Positions 1 through 9,875 of a stretch of 64,000 nt of DNA are shown here, one piece after another. Every line of letters begins with the position of its first letter. The first letter of the stretch is position 1. The notes under the pieces were generated by a model. That model saw nothing but the letters and a program-made list of their open reading frames with translations. It did no database searches and was not told the origin of the DNA. Location: NCBI GenBank assembly GCA_964016885.1, contig OZ024741.1, positions 114,700,001 to 114,764,000 on the forward strand, read 5' to 3'. The DNA is from Eledone cirrhosa. Its lineage: Eukaryota. The position numbers were made by a program, and so were the translations under genes.

Positions 1-41
<41 letters not shown>
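1..41. repeat. (TA)n microsatellite, cut by the window edge
   Basis: Pure TA run. Confidence 0.98.
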
Positions 42-45
<4 letters not shown>

Positions 46-91
46 GAAAAGAATTTTATTGATAAATTGCAACCTAAGCTAAATGAAAAAT

Positions 92-222
92 AATAATTGT
101 TTCTACTTTAGGCACAAGGCCAGTAATTACCCAGTGTATTACTGGTACTTTATTTTATCGACCCCGTAAGGATGAAAGGCAAAGTCAACCTCGGCGGGAT
201 TTGAACTCAGATCGTAAATGAA
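92..222 (-). mobile_element. tRNA-derived SINE family A, 5'-truncated
   Basis: Minus strand has B-box-like GAGTTCAAATCCC, central GCCTTTCATCCTTACGGGGTCGATAAAA and tail GGCCTTGTGCCTAAAGTAGAAACAATTA; near-identical to copies at 52.5, 57.3 and 61.4 kb. Confidence 0.85.
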
Positions 223-817
223 CAATAATAATGCTTAGGGAATATTACTCCTACTATGACTACGCCTACGACCATGTCGACTACCACCACTAACAACAAC
301 AACAACAATAATAATAATAAAAGTGATCTGATGGTGATGATCACTGAAGACTTTTTATAAAACCCTAGAAAATGCTATTTTCATCATTTCTAAAAAATAG
401 CAAAACAAATGATGCTTTGGATAGGGTCAAATAGCAGTCGTTAGACATGTTCAACCAACCGTGACGCCTAAACGAATCAGCTTTAGTAATCCAGTGAAAC
501 TACACACCGATTGGTCGAAATACAGTTTGCAAAACTTAGCATTCTGTTGCCACTTTTCACTGTATATAAGGCACAAAATTTAGCCATCTCATTACAGTTG
601 AAAATTGAAAACTTGACTGTCACCACAGAATATGAACCTGAAGATTGCGAAAGCATGAAAGTACTTGTTCAATTAACACTAAACATTTAATATTCTACCA
701 TACTATTTCATTCTAATACCATTATAATTTTAAAGGATTGTAAATAAAACGAGTAAATCAGACAAAGTTGGAATTCCTTTTATTAATATAATCCTCTATA
801 CACAATCATACACACCC

Positions 818-819
<2 letters not shown>

Positions 820-899
<80 letters not shown>

Positions 900-912
900 C
901 GAGAAAGAGAGA
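820..912. repeat. Compound (TA)n(GA)n microsatellite
   Basis: Direct reading; explains ORF 783-1001. Confidence 0.95.
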
Positions 913-1055
913 GAAAGTGAAATAGGAAATACCACAGAAAATACACTTAAGGATCTGTTTTTCTTTTTTCTTCTTTGATTCGTCAAAGTGACAAGTCCCA
1001 TTATTGAAAAAATGAGAGGAACAATTCTTTTAAAAAAAGGGAGTTTTATAATGTA

Positions 1056-2151
1056 CTAAGTGAATTACCCGGCGTTGCCCAGGTTACTATTGTTCTTATT
1101 CAGATTATTAAACAATAAATATAAAGATATGGTTTTTTTTCTCATAATTATTTCAAAATATCTATATTTTATTAAAAATAATTATTAAAATTGTAATGAT
1201 AATAGAATTTAGAAATGAAAATCTGTCAATCTTGAAGCACGTTAGGGTAAACAATATTCATTGTGTAATTCATGTATGTGTAGATATGTATGTGTATTTA
1301 ATAACGTACCTAATGAACGGGCAAACACACACAAACTCACAGGCACATACATAATCATATACAAAATGTGACGTCCTATTGTTTTAATCCAAATGAAAAT
1401 AAAAATTATCACACATACACTCACACCCACATACACTCACACACACATATACTCTCACATACACTCATACACACATACGCTCACACACACATCACTCTCA
1501 CATACACTCACACACACTTTCACATACACTCAAATACATATACTAAGACGGACACAAACAGACATACATTCACGCACACCCTGTCAGTATCTGTATCTAT
1601 ATGTATAGATGTGTGGGTGTGTGTTTAATTGTCTGCGTGCACACTCATATACAAAATGAGATGTCGTGGTGGTGGTGGTGGTTTACTATAGTTGACTAAA
1701 GAAAATATCGTTATGTTAATCAACACACACACACACATACACTCTCACACACATACACACTAACATACATTCACATACATATACTAAGACAGACAAATAC
1801 ACATACGAAATGTGACGTCTACACTCTCACACATTATGTGTATGTATGTGTAGATGTGTGTGTGTTTAATTCTCTGAGGCCTAACATACATAACGAATGC
1901 ACAAACACACAGTCTCAGCCACATACACACTCAAATACAAAATGTGAGTCATGGTGGTGGTTTACTGTAGTTGAATATAAAAACATTATTTTAGATAAAT
2001 TCTTATATTGTTTTAATCCAAATGAAAATAAAATTACATGTTAACACTCCCGGGGTCTAATACTATTATCTTGCAAACTTTGATTTGATTTTGTCCAGCT
2101 GTTAGAGAATGCATAGCAACAGACAGACAAAGAATTTTATATATATATAGA
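1056..2151 (-). mobile_element. Non-autonomous Helitron-like element with CA-rich internal repeats
   Basis: Minus strand starts A|TCTATATATATAAAA...TGTCTGTCTG at 2151 and ends with hairpin CCTGGGCAACGCCGGG then CTTAG|T at 1056; lies between A and T with no TSD; internal block TATTGTTTTAATCCAAATGAAAATAAAA repeated at ~1378 and ~2006. Confidence 0.7.
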
Positions 2152-2224
2152 TATGAAATATATAAAAAATATAACCGATTTCAATGTATCAGTGTAAACC
2201 ATCTTATCAAATGTTGAATATTAC

Positions 2225-2355
2225 AATTAAAAAGAATTAAAAATTAAACATTTTAAATTAAGTGTTGAAGAGGTCTGTTCATCTTTCTTGATGCATAAAA
2301 AAAGATGAACAGACCTCTTCTACACTTAAATTTTAAATTTTAATTCTTTTTAATT
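2225..2355. repeat. Inverted repeat (hairpin)
   Basis: 2258-2286 matches the reverse complement of 2301-2329 at 28/29; outer arms AATTAAAAAGAATTAAAA / TTTTAATTCTTTTTAATT. Confidence 0.9.
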
Positions 2356-2379
2356 CTTTTTAATCAATCAATCTAATTT

Positions 2380-2835
2380 AAACAATCGCCAAGAAACTTT
2401 TTCCAATTTTCTTTTTAGTGTGAATAAAATTAACTCCCAAATGTTTTAATAACTCCTTATAAATGTTCTTTATATTGTAACAAATAACTAGATGTGTGAA
2501 TGTTGATGTTACTTCAGCTATTGCTGAAATTTCATCGAACATAAAATAATTGTTTTGTTGAATAAACCTGATACCTTCGAAACGAAATTTGTTTCTATAT
2601 GTTCCGGTAATTGAAATCGGTTGTGTTGAGCCAATATTGAATAACCTCTATATGTGGGATGTTAGTGTATAAATTAACCACATCAAACGAAAAATTAATT
2701 GTTGTGTCTTGATTTACGCTTTCTGGTAAATAATTGAGCATATGTCTGTCATCCCGAATGTAGTTTGGTTCATAATTTAGGAAAGGTTTTATCAAAGAAA
2801 TTGCTTAATCTATTTGTTTCGCATGTTGGGCCCAT
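2380..2835 (-). pseudogene. Penelope-like retroelement, 5' half of reverse transcriptase (degenerate, inverted)
   Basis: Translations IKPFL..YIRDD, FSFDVVNLYTNIPH, EGIRFIQQNNYFMFDE and WKKFLGDC (decayed WxRYxDD); frameshifted. Confidence 0.85.
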
Positions 2836-2939
2836 GTCTATTACAGAGTGGCGTGGAACTCGTCAAATCGGACCAAGGAAACAATGTTTCCATTGGTTTT
2901 TCCATTGCTGATACTATTTATCGGTTGCCACTCCTAACA

Positions 2940-3052
2940 GAAAGAACAACGTAAAATAAAGTGTCTTTCTCAAAGACATAACACATCGCCCGTTTCAGGA
3001 GTCGAACTCGCAATCTCACGATTTCGAATCTAATTCTCTAACCATGAAGCCA
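2940..3052 (-). mobile_element. SINE family B (tRNA head plus CORE-like domain), degraded
   Basis: Minus strand TGGCTTCATGGTTAG ... GAGTTCGACTCC ... GTCTTTGAGAAAGACACTTTATTTTACGTTG; homologous to 7147-7450. Confidence 0.7.
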
Positions 3053-3054
3053 TA

Positions 3055-4010
3055 ATAAAGAACATTATAATCATCACAAATATTCAACTTCCGATGGAAT
3101 TTACCGAGGAAGAACTCTCCTTGTTAGATATTTTAATAAAGTTAATAAATAGAGAGATTGAAACGGATGTCTACTGTAAACCCACAGATTAAAAAAAATT
3201 CTTAGTATTCATATCCTACCGCCATAAACATATGCGAATACATATTCCTTTTACTTGGCGAAACGAATACACACAATAGTTTTAAACCCGACAACACGAC
3301 ATCAGAGACCTGATAAAATTAATTGCGAAATATCTTATTCCTCCGAAAATTTCCCACCGATTTTGTCAAAAGTGGAATAATAAAAACGAAAAATATAAAT
3401 ATTCAAGATTGGCAGACGGTAACAATAAACAAACCTTTTATCAACATACAGAGGAGTATTGACATCTATTCATAGGAATCTACCCATTTTCTATAGTAAT
3501 GAAAAAATATCTTGGAGAATCAATAAATTAAAAAAAGAGTAAATGGCAACAAAAAATTTGGAAAAAATTACCTACAAGTGCAAAACTTTCCAGATTCCCA
3601 ATCCCCAAGTATACAAATGTGGAAGAAATGATTGAAGAGTTTGTAAATATATGCTGAAAAGCACGGAATTCAAATTCGAACATGGTCGAACTTTTAAACT
3701 TAAAAATACATGTTCATCTAGTAACATCGTCAATATTATTACATATTGCAGGCGTAGAGCAAATTACATTGAAATACCTGACAGCAATTTACACAAATAG
3801 ATGATCGTTCACCAACCACAAATTCCAAATATAATACAAGATTCCTCTGACTGGACGCATTGAGAATTGCATCAGTAGAACATTTCCAACTTTAGAATGT
3901 TTTCGATCTATCAATTTGCGGTTGACATTACCAAATAACAAAGAATAAACAAGAAGAAAGGACTGATGAACAAATACACACCCCGCTTAAATGTTCAGGA
4001 ATAATATTCT
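3055..4010 (+). pseudogene. Penelope-like retroelement, RT C-terminal part plus GIY-YIG endonuclease (degenerate)
   Basis: IQLPMEFTEEELSLLDILIKLINREIETDVYCKPTD and LAKRIHTIV; TCSSSNIVNIITYCRRRANYIE...MIVH is a decayed GIY-YIG motif; stops and frameshifts present. Confidence 0.8.
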
Positions 4011-4394
4011 GTGAAAATCATGTAACAAGTTACGTGACTACTACTGGTATTCTTACATATTAAAAGTTAAAACCAAAACGCTAGCATTCTTTCATAGCAT
4101 TCTATCATATGACAATATTTTACAGCAGGATATATAAAAAGTACACCACTCTGACCTAGGTGTACAGTCTGCTACCCTCTCCCCTTCCCTCTTTCTTTCT
4201 TCCTTTGTCTAATAGTCCTTGATCTTCCCCTCCTTTTCCTTTCATTTATGGCATTTATAGTTCTTTCCAATATTGCTGTCTTTTTCTGTATGTTTATACA
4301 CTCTACTATGAAATAAAATTTGTTCATACATCTTCCTAATAAATAATTGACCAGTAAAATTAATAAGCTAACAAATTCATGTCAGGATTGTTAC

Positions 4395-4945
4395 TGTAAT
4401 CCACTTTGTCGCTGTGGATCCACCGTGGACACTTTCGACCTCCACCTGCTTTCCTGTCGCTACAGTGCCGGCCACCTTCCACTCCATACTGCCCTCAACG
4501 AGGTCATAAAGCATGGCTTGGATGCTGCAGGCTTCCCCTCCTAGCTCTAACCAGTGGGGCTGGACGGAGGGGACGGCAAAAGGCCAGACGGTATGACCAT
4601 CTTCCCGCGGTGGTAAACCCCTCATCTGGGATGCCACTTGCAGCGACACATTCTCCAGCGGCAACCTGGTGCAGTCTGCAACTAATCCTGGTTCTGCTGT
4701 ACTTCGGGCTGAGGAGGGTAAACTTACCAAATATCGGTCGGTTTCCGACAAGTTTGCAGTCGAGCCCCTAGCAGTGGAGACTTCTAACGTCCTTGGCCCT
4801 ACGGCTACCTCCCTACTTACCACCACAGGCGCTGAGCTGGCTAGCCGCAGGTGTGAGCCTCGCGAGGTGGAATGACTCTCTCAGCGCATCTCCCTTACTA
4901 TCCTCCGGGGAAACGCCTTCTGTCTGCCGGGGCTGGGGAGCGGCT
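4395..4945 (+). pseudogene. CRE-clade-like non-LTR retrotransposon 3' end (CCHC knuckle plus restriction-like endonuclease)
   Basis: CRCGSTVDTFDLHLLSC, H..LNEVI, DGKRPDGMT, LIWDATCSDT, KLTKY and LSQRISLTILRGNA read across stops and a frameshift; GC-rich relative to flanks. Confidence 0.85.
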
Positions 4946-5148
4946 AGCACACGGGACCCCATTTGTTCATAATAGAGAGAGATGGGGGAGGGTGAGAGAG
5001 ATGGAGGTGATGGCAGTGGGAGTTTGGCTCCTCTGTGTTTGGACCTGGTGTGCAGCGTCAGTTGTCCGCAAGGAGGTAGTTATTCCGAATTACTTATAAC
5101 TAGTCTTATTTTACACATAGATATACACAAATAAAAACTGAAGTGAAC

Positions 5149-5185
5149 GATCAACTTGACTATACACAGTATAGTCGAGTTGATC
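5149..5185. repeat. 37-bp hairpin
   Basis: GATCAACTTGACTATAC-ACA-GTATAGTCGAGTTGATC with one G-T pair. Confidence 0.85.
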
Positions 5186-5889
5186 TACAAACGATGGATG
5201 AATGGATTGATGTATTATTATATTCAGTTATACGTAGATGAAACGTCAGCTACATTATGGCTGATGACACTCTTACGGGTGAAGTAGACACTGAGTAACT
5301 TATAAAATCACATTCTCTTATCAAATTGCATTGTAAATCATATAGCCAGCTAAAAGCCAATACACAAAATCTAGGTAACAAAATATGTCTGCGTGTATGC
5401 CTCACTCATTCTCTCTTTGTTTCCAAGATAAAGAGGGGGTAAAGAGATAGAGATAGAGAGAGAGAGTAACAAGACCAGCGGTTACACTGAGGTTGCAGAA
5501 AGAATGAAGACCGCTTGATTGATATGCAATAGTTTATATAATCAAATGAAACAAATCAAATCAAATACGACTCAGCGCTTTCGGCATAAAATCTAAGCCT
5601 TTCAAAAGAGAACCTTACCGACATTTTGGTGCCTTCGGTTTTGTTGCATTTTATTCTATTAATGATAATTAATTTGTTAATTAGAAGTGATTTTAATCAA
5701 CATCTTATTACATACATTATCCTGTTTCTAATTATTTGTTCATTTGCATTTTTACCCACTTTTTCTATTTATTAGAAATACGGAAATATAATTACATTTT
5801 TTATATAATAATAATTATAATTTGTTAAAGGATATTGTTGTTGTTTGCCTTAATAATTACTTTGATATAGTTCATAGTCTTTGAAATAG

Positions 5890-6065
5890 CGAATGCAGCA
5901 TGGTCAAATGCTTAAGAAGTTCGCTTTGCAATCATTAAGGCCCGGGTTCGATCTCACCCATGCGAATTACGTTAACGGTACACGTGTCGGTGGAATGCTC
6001 ATCCACGTTAATTTCCTGAGCAGGCTGTTCTGTTAATGGAACAATTAGAACACACTTCGTCGAAA
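5890..6065 (+). mobile_element. SINE family B-related, internally deleted copy
   Basis: B-box GGTTCGATCTC followed by tail TACACGTGTCGGTGGAATGCTCA...GAACAATTAGAACAC shared with 7345-7447. Confidence 0.55.
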
Positions 6066-6489
6066 TCGATGGATATCCATACCTGCGTGCTTTTTGCTGT
6101 TTGTCAAGCCTTCTTTTTGGTGTGAATTTTTCTCGCTGTTTTTTCAAACGTACAAAAAGATAAAGATAATCTAAAAGATATTTTTCTTTTATTGTTAGAA
6201 ATCGATAAGAATTATCTCACTTGTAAATTATTATCTCATTACATACATCCTCTAGCTTATGTTTCTGTGTTCATTTGTATTAGTTTCTTTTTCTTTAGAA
6301 CTGTATTATAATTTGCCCCTCTATTTTCTTCAGCGAAAGCCTTTCTAGTCGGTGTTAAATTAAAATTTACGCCACCATCTCTATCGCAGCCACTCTTCTT
6401 CATAGCCGACATCTCACTCAACATATTTCATTCTCTGCGATTATGTTTGTACATGGAAGATTTGGAAAAAAAGCGGCGTTTGGCTTACA

Positions 6490-6650
6490 AAGACACTGTA
6501 CCGATGGTGGTGTGTAGGGAGGTGGTCCTAGGGCCAACACACAAGGAGCCTCCACTGTTACGGGCTCGATCGCAAATCTGTCGGAGAGCGACCGATATTT
6601 GGAGAGTTTACCCTCCATAGTCCGAAGTGCACCAGAGTCTGGATTCTGCA
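6490..6650 (-). pseudogene. Second fragment of the CRE-like endonuclease region
   Basis: NPDSGALRTMEGKLSKYRSLSDRFAIEPVTVE aligns with NPGSAVLRAEEGKLTKYRSVSDKFAVEPLAVE at ~4685-4780. Confidence 0.85.
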
Positions 6651-6828
6651 TATTATAATTGGTTAATCGTTCACTATTTTGACGTCTGGACGTTTTGGAA
6701 GAGGAACCGCTTACTGTGGGGACAATTGGACAACAGCTATTGAACTCTAGCTAATAGATGTTGCAGCTTACAATTGCATATGAATCTTTTTGAATAGCTA
6801 AAGTTGACAGCTTTATGGCGCGTTGCAG

Positions 6829-6940
6829 TATTGCTCGGCTCTGTCAGCGACCTGTCACTGCCTCGTTAAAATATTGCTTGGCTCTGTCAATGATCTGTCA
6901 ATGTCTCGTTAAAATATTTCCCCTGTCAATGATCTCATGA
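6829..6940 (+). repeat. ~43-bp tandem repeat, about 2.5 copies
   Basis: TATTGCTYGGCTCTGTCA...CTCGTTAAAA repeated. Confidence 0.75.
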
Positions 6941-7146
6941 TCTTCGCAGTTTTTGAGTGGCCTGTCAGTCCTTGGCCTTACTAATTGTGACAGAAAGGTA
7001 TAATTTCCCTTGTTTCTTGGTCTGAATGAGTGGAGATCTTGAAGGAATCAGGCGTTGGAGGTGTTCGCTGTTAGGTAAATAGTCGCTCGGTAAGGATGTT
7101 GCCAGAGAGGTCTGATTATTAGGTTTAAAAATTTGTATCTCTGACA

Positions 7147-7450
7147 TGAAGGTGTGTGGCTTAGTGGTTAGGGTGTTCGACTCACGATCGGAAGGTCGTA
7201 GCTTCGAATTTTGGTGGCGTGTTGTGTCTTTGAGCCAAGTATTTTATTTTACGTTGCTGCAGTCCACTCAGCAGGCAAAAATGAGTTTACCTGTAATTCA
7301 AAGGACTAGCCTGTTACACACTGTCTCGCAGAATTTACCCGTGACTTACATTAAGGGTGCAGATGACTGTGGAATGCTCAGCCACATTGCACGATCATTT
7401 CTTGAACAGTTTGTTTATTTGTTTGTACAATTGGAACACTCACCGTCTAA
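7147..7450 (+). mobile_element. SINE family B (tRNA-derived, CORE-like), near full length
   Basis: A-box TGGCTTAGTGG, decayed B-box GCTTCGAATT, CORE-like GTGTCTTTGAGCCAAGTATTTTATTTTACGTTGCTGCAGTCCACTCAGC...AAAAATGAGT. Confidence 0.8.
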
Positions 7451-7562
7451 GATATCTTTGACTTTTCACGAGTTTGTGAATAGCCAGACGCTTTCAAAAT
7501 GTCATATTAAAACAACCCCGGAAAGAGAGTGTTAATGGATGGAAAAATGGAGAAACATCCAA

Positions 7563-7746
7563 GTCAGCAATAGGTGTAAATTTATGATGTTAGGAAAACG
7601 TATACAGTTGTGGGAATAGATTTCATTAGTTGATAGAGAACAACCACAATGGACGTCAGCAATAGGAGCAAATTAATGATGTTAAGAGAACGTATGCAGC
7701 CATGGGAATACATTTCTATTTATTGATAGAGAACAACAGGGGACGT
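7563..7746 (+). repeat. Diverged ~92-bp tandem duplication
   Basis: GTCAGCAATAGG...TGGGAATA...TTGATAGAGAACAAC starts at 7563 and again at 7655. Confidence 0.8.
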
Positions 7747-8364
7747 GCAGAAAAATTAAAGAAGCTTGTTGGTATTAGGATCAGTAAGTGAAGCGCTGAT
7801 ATTGAAATAACCTAAAATTATAATACCAATCGTACGTGCAACAGAAATTTTGAACAAAAACATACAAATACTTTTATTTTATTAATATAGATTCTTAGTT
7901 CGAATTCAGCATAAGACAATGTATATATTCAGAAATAAGACACTTTTAGAATTGTCATCCTAAATTTTAGTCAGCTATTACATCGCTTAATTAACCCTTT
8001 TGATAACAACCCACTTGAAACTGCCCCCGATATTTTAGAAATACAAAAACTGTTCATTCTAAAATGTTTATATTTAAATTAAAATCTGTCATAAATATAT
8101 CTAAGAATATTTTGCTAAGTAATATATTCCAAACATCAGCTGAGTAATGAAAACGTTGGTTGTATTAATGCTAAATCATTTCAAGTTTTATTATTTTCAA
8201 AATAATTTGCATCACATTGATAGTGTCTTTTATTAGAAAAAAAGCATTTTAGAAACTTACACATCATATTTAAAGATACATAAAATAAGAATTTCCAACG
8301 AATACATAAGATACACGACAGAATATTCCAGTGAATGCATTTGTGTACATTGATTTCTTATTTA

Positions 8365-8545
8365 GACAGAAAATTTCAGGTAAGGGTAAAATTGATTACA
8401 TCAACACTAATTCTCGACTGTTACTTTATTTTATCGATCCTGGAATGACGAAAGGAAACGATTTGAACTCAAAATGCAAAGAGCCAGAAAAAATACCTCA
8501 ATGACATTTTATCCGACAGTGTACCAATTCTGCCAATTGCCGCTC
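8365..8545 (-). mobile_element. SINE family A, old degraded copy
   Basis: TACTTTATTTTATCGATCC...GATTTGAACTCA...TTCTGCCAAT. Confidence 0.7.
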
Positions 8546-9469
8546 TTTTCAATTAAAACACAATATATATCACAGGATATTTCAATGAATGCATTTCGTG
8601 CATATTAATCATAGAAATAAGGCAGCAATTCGGCAATGTCTTTAGGATGCTGGATGGAATGGTTTGCGTCATTTGTTTCGAATTCAGTGTCCCTTTCATC
8701 AGAAATTGGGAAGGTATTAAGCAACCTATCCTAAAAAAACAGATGCTTCCATGTATCAAATAAGGGCATTAAAACAATGAAAAAACGTTAAATGCAGGAA
8801 TAAAGTAGAAAAGAGTGTGCCTGTCGAGAAAGGATCCCACATCTATCGCTGTTGTCTATGTCACTAAGTAAGACGTATACGCCTAATAAATTCATAAAAA
8901 ATTCTAAACGATTAATTATGAAGTATTATGGTTTCATTTTTATTCTATTTCAGAACATTTTCAGTTACACAAATGAAATAATAAAACTATCGTACAATCT
9001 TTATGATTAGTCAAATAGTTAAAAAATAAAGAAATGTTTATCCTTTGTTTTATTCTTTTCTCTTCTCTTCATTAGTTCTTCAATAAAACACAGTAAAACG
9101 AAGCAGAAAACAACAAGAAGAACAAAAAAGGATAAGATCTCAAAGAAATAAACCCAAGAAGCAATAAAAATATTAACATATACAATATATAAATCAATAC
9201 ATTTTATTTGCTTCCAATCTGTATTGTTAATCCAAGCTTTGCTGTTTACTTTGAGTGTAAGTCGGTGTCGAATTGGCATAAGGTAAAACGAAAATCAAAA
9301 ACAATTTTATCAATAAATAAATTTATGAAAGAAAGAGACGAAGAGAAAAAGGACAATATAACAGAACGTTCATTTCAGACACGTTCTATTGATTCCTCAA
9401 TTGGTTTTATTTAATCAAATTACGTTTTGTTTTATCAGCTTGATTAACAAACGACTTTTTCAAATGAAA

Positions 9470-9790
9470 GCAACAAAAACAGCAACAGTTACTACAAGAA
9501 GGAGAAAACAACAATAGCAGCAGCAGCAGCAGCAGCAGCAATAACAACAAAATTAACTTCAATGGATTTCAAATCAATATTAAAAACAATAGCACGAATA
9601 AAATTAATAACTAGAATACCAAAAATGAAAACATCACCACAAACAAATACATAAATAATTCAAAAAGTCTTTTATCTGTCAGCAACAATAATAGCAGCAA
9701 AACAAGAACAAGAACAACAACAACACATCAAGAAAACAACAAAAACAACAACAAAACAAAACGAAACAACAACAATAAGCAATAAAATAA
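9470..9790. repeat. (AAC)/(AGC)-rich low-complexity tract
   Basis: Direct reading. Confidence 0.85.
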
Positions 9791-9850
9791 GTCGGGTGAG
9801 ATGCCGTGTGGTATTTCTGTTCTGCGTTGAAATCCCGCTGTGGTCGACAA
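9790..9850 (+). mobile_element. SINE family A head fragment next to the satellite
   Basis: GTCGGGTGAGATGCC...TTCTGCGTTGAAATCCCGCTGTGGTCGAC resembles TTCTGAGTTCAAATCCCGCCGAGGT. Confidence 0.55.
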
Positions 9851-9875
9851 GGGAGGCAGATTTAATCCGTTTCCC

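Noticed and set aside
783-2044. Short YI-, HT- and CV-rich ORFs
   Set aside because: Translations of microsatellites
7147-7220. tRNA gene
   Set aside because: A/B-box-like head continues into a SINE body; no complete cloverleaf
7989-8260. piggyBac-like MITE starting TTAACCCTTT
   Set aside because: No matching right terminus or second TTAA target duplication could be identified
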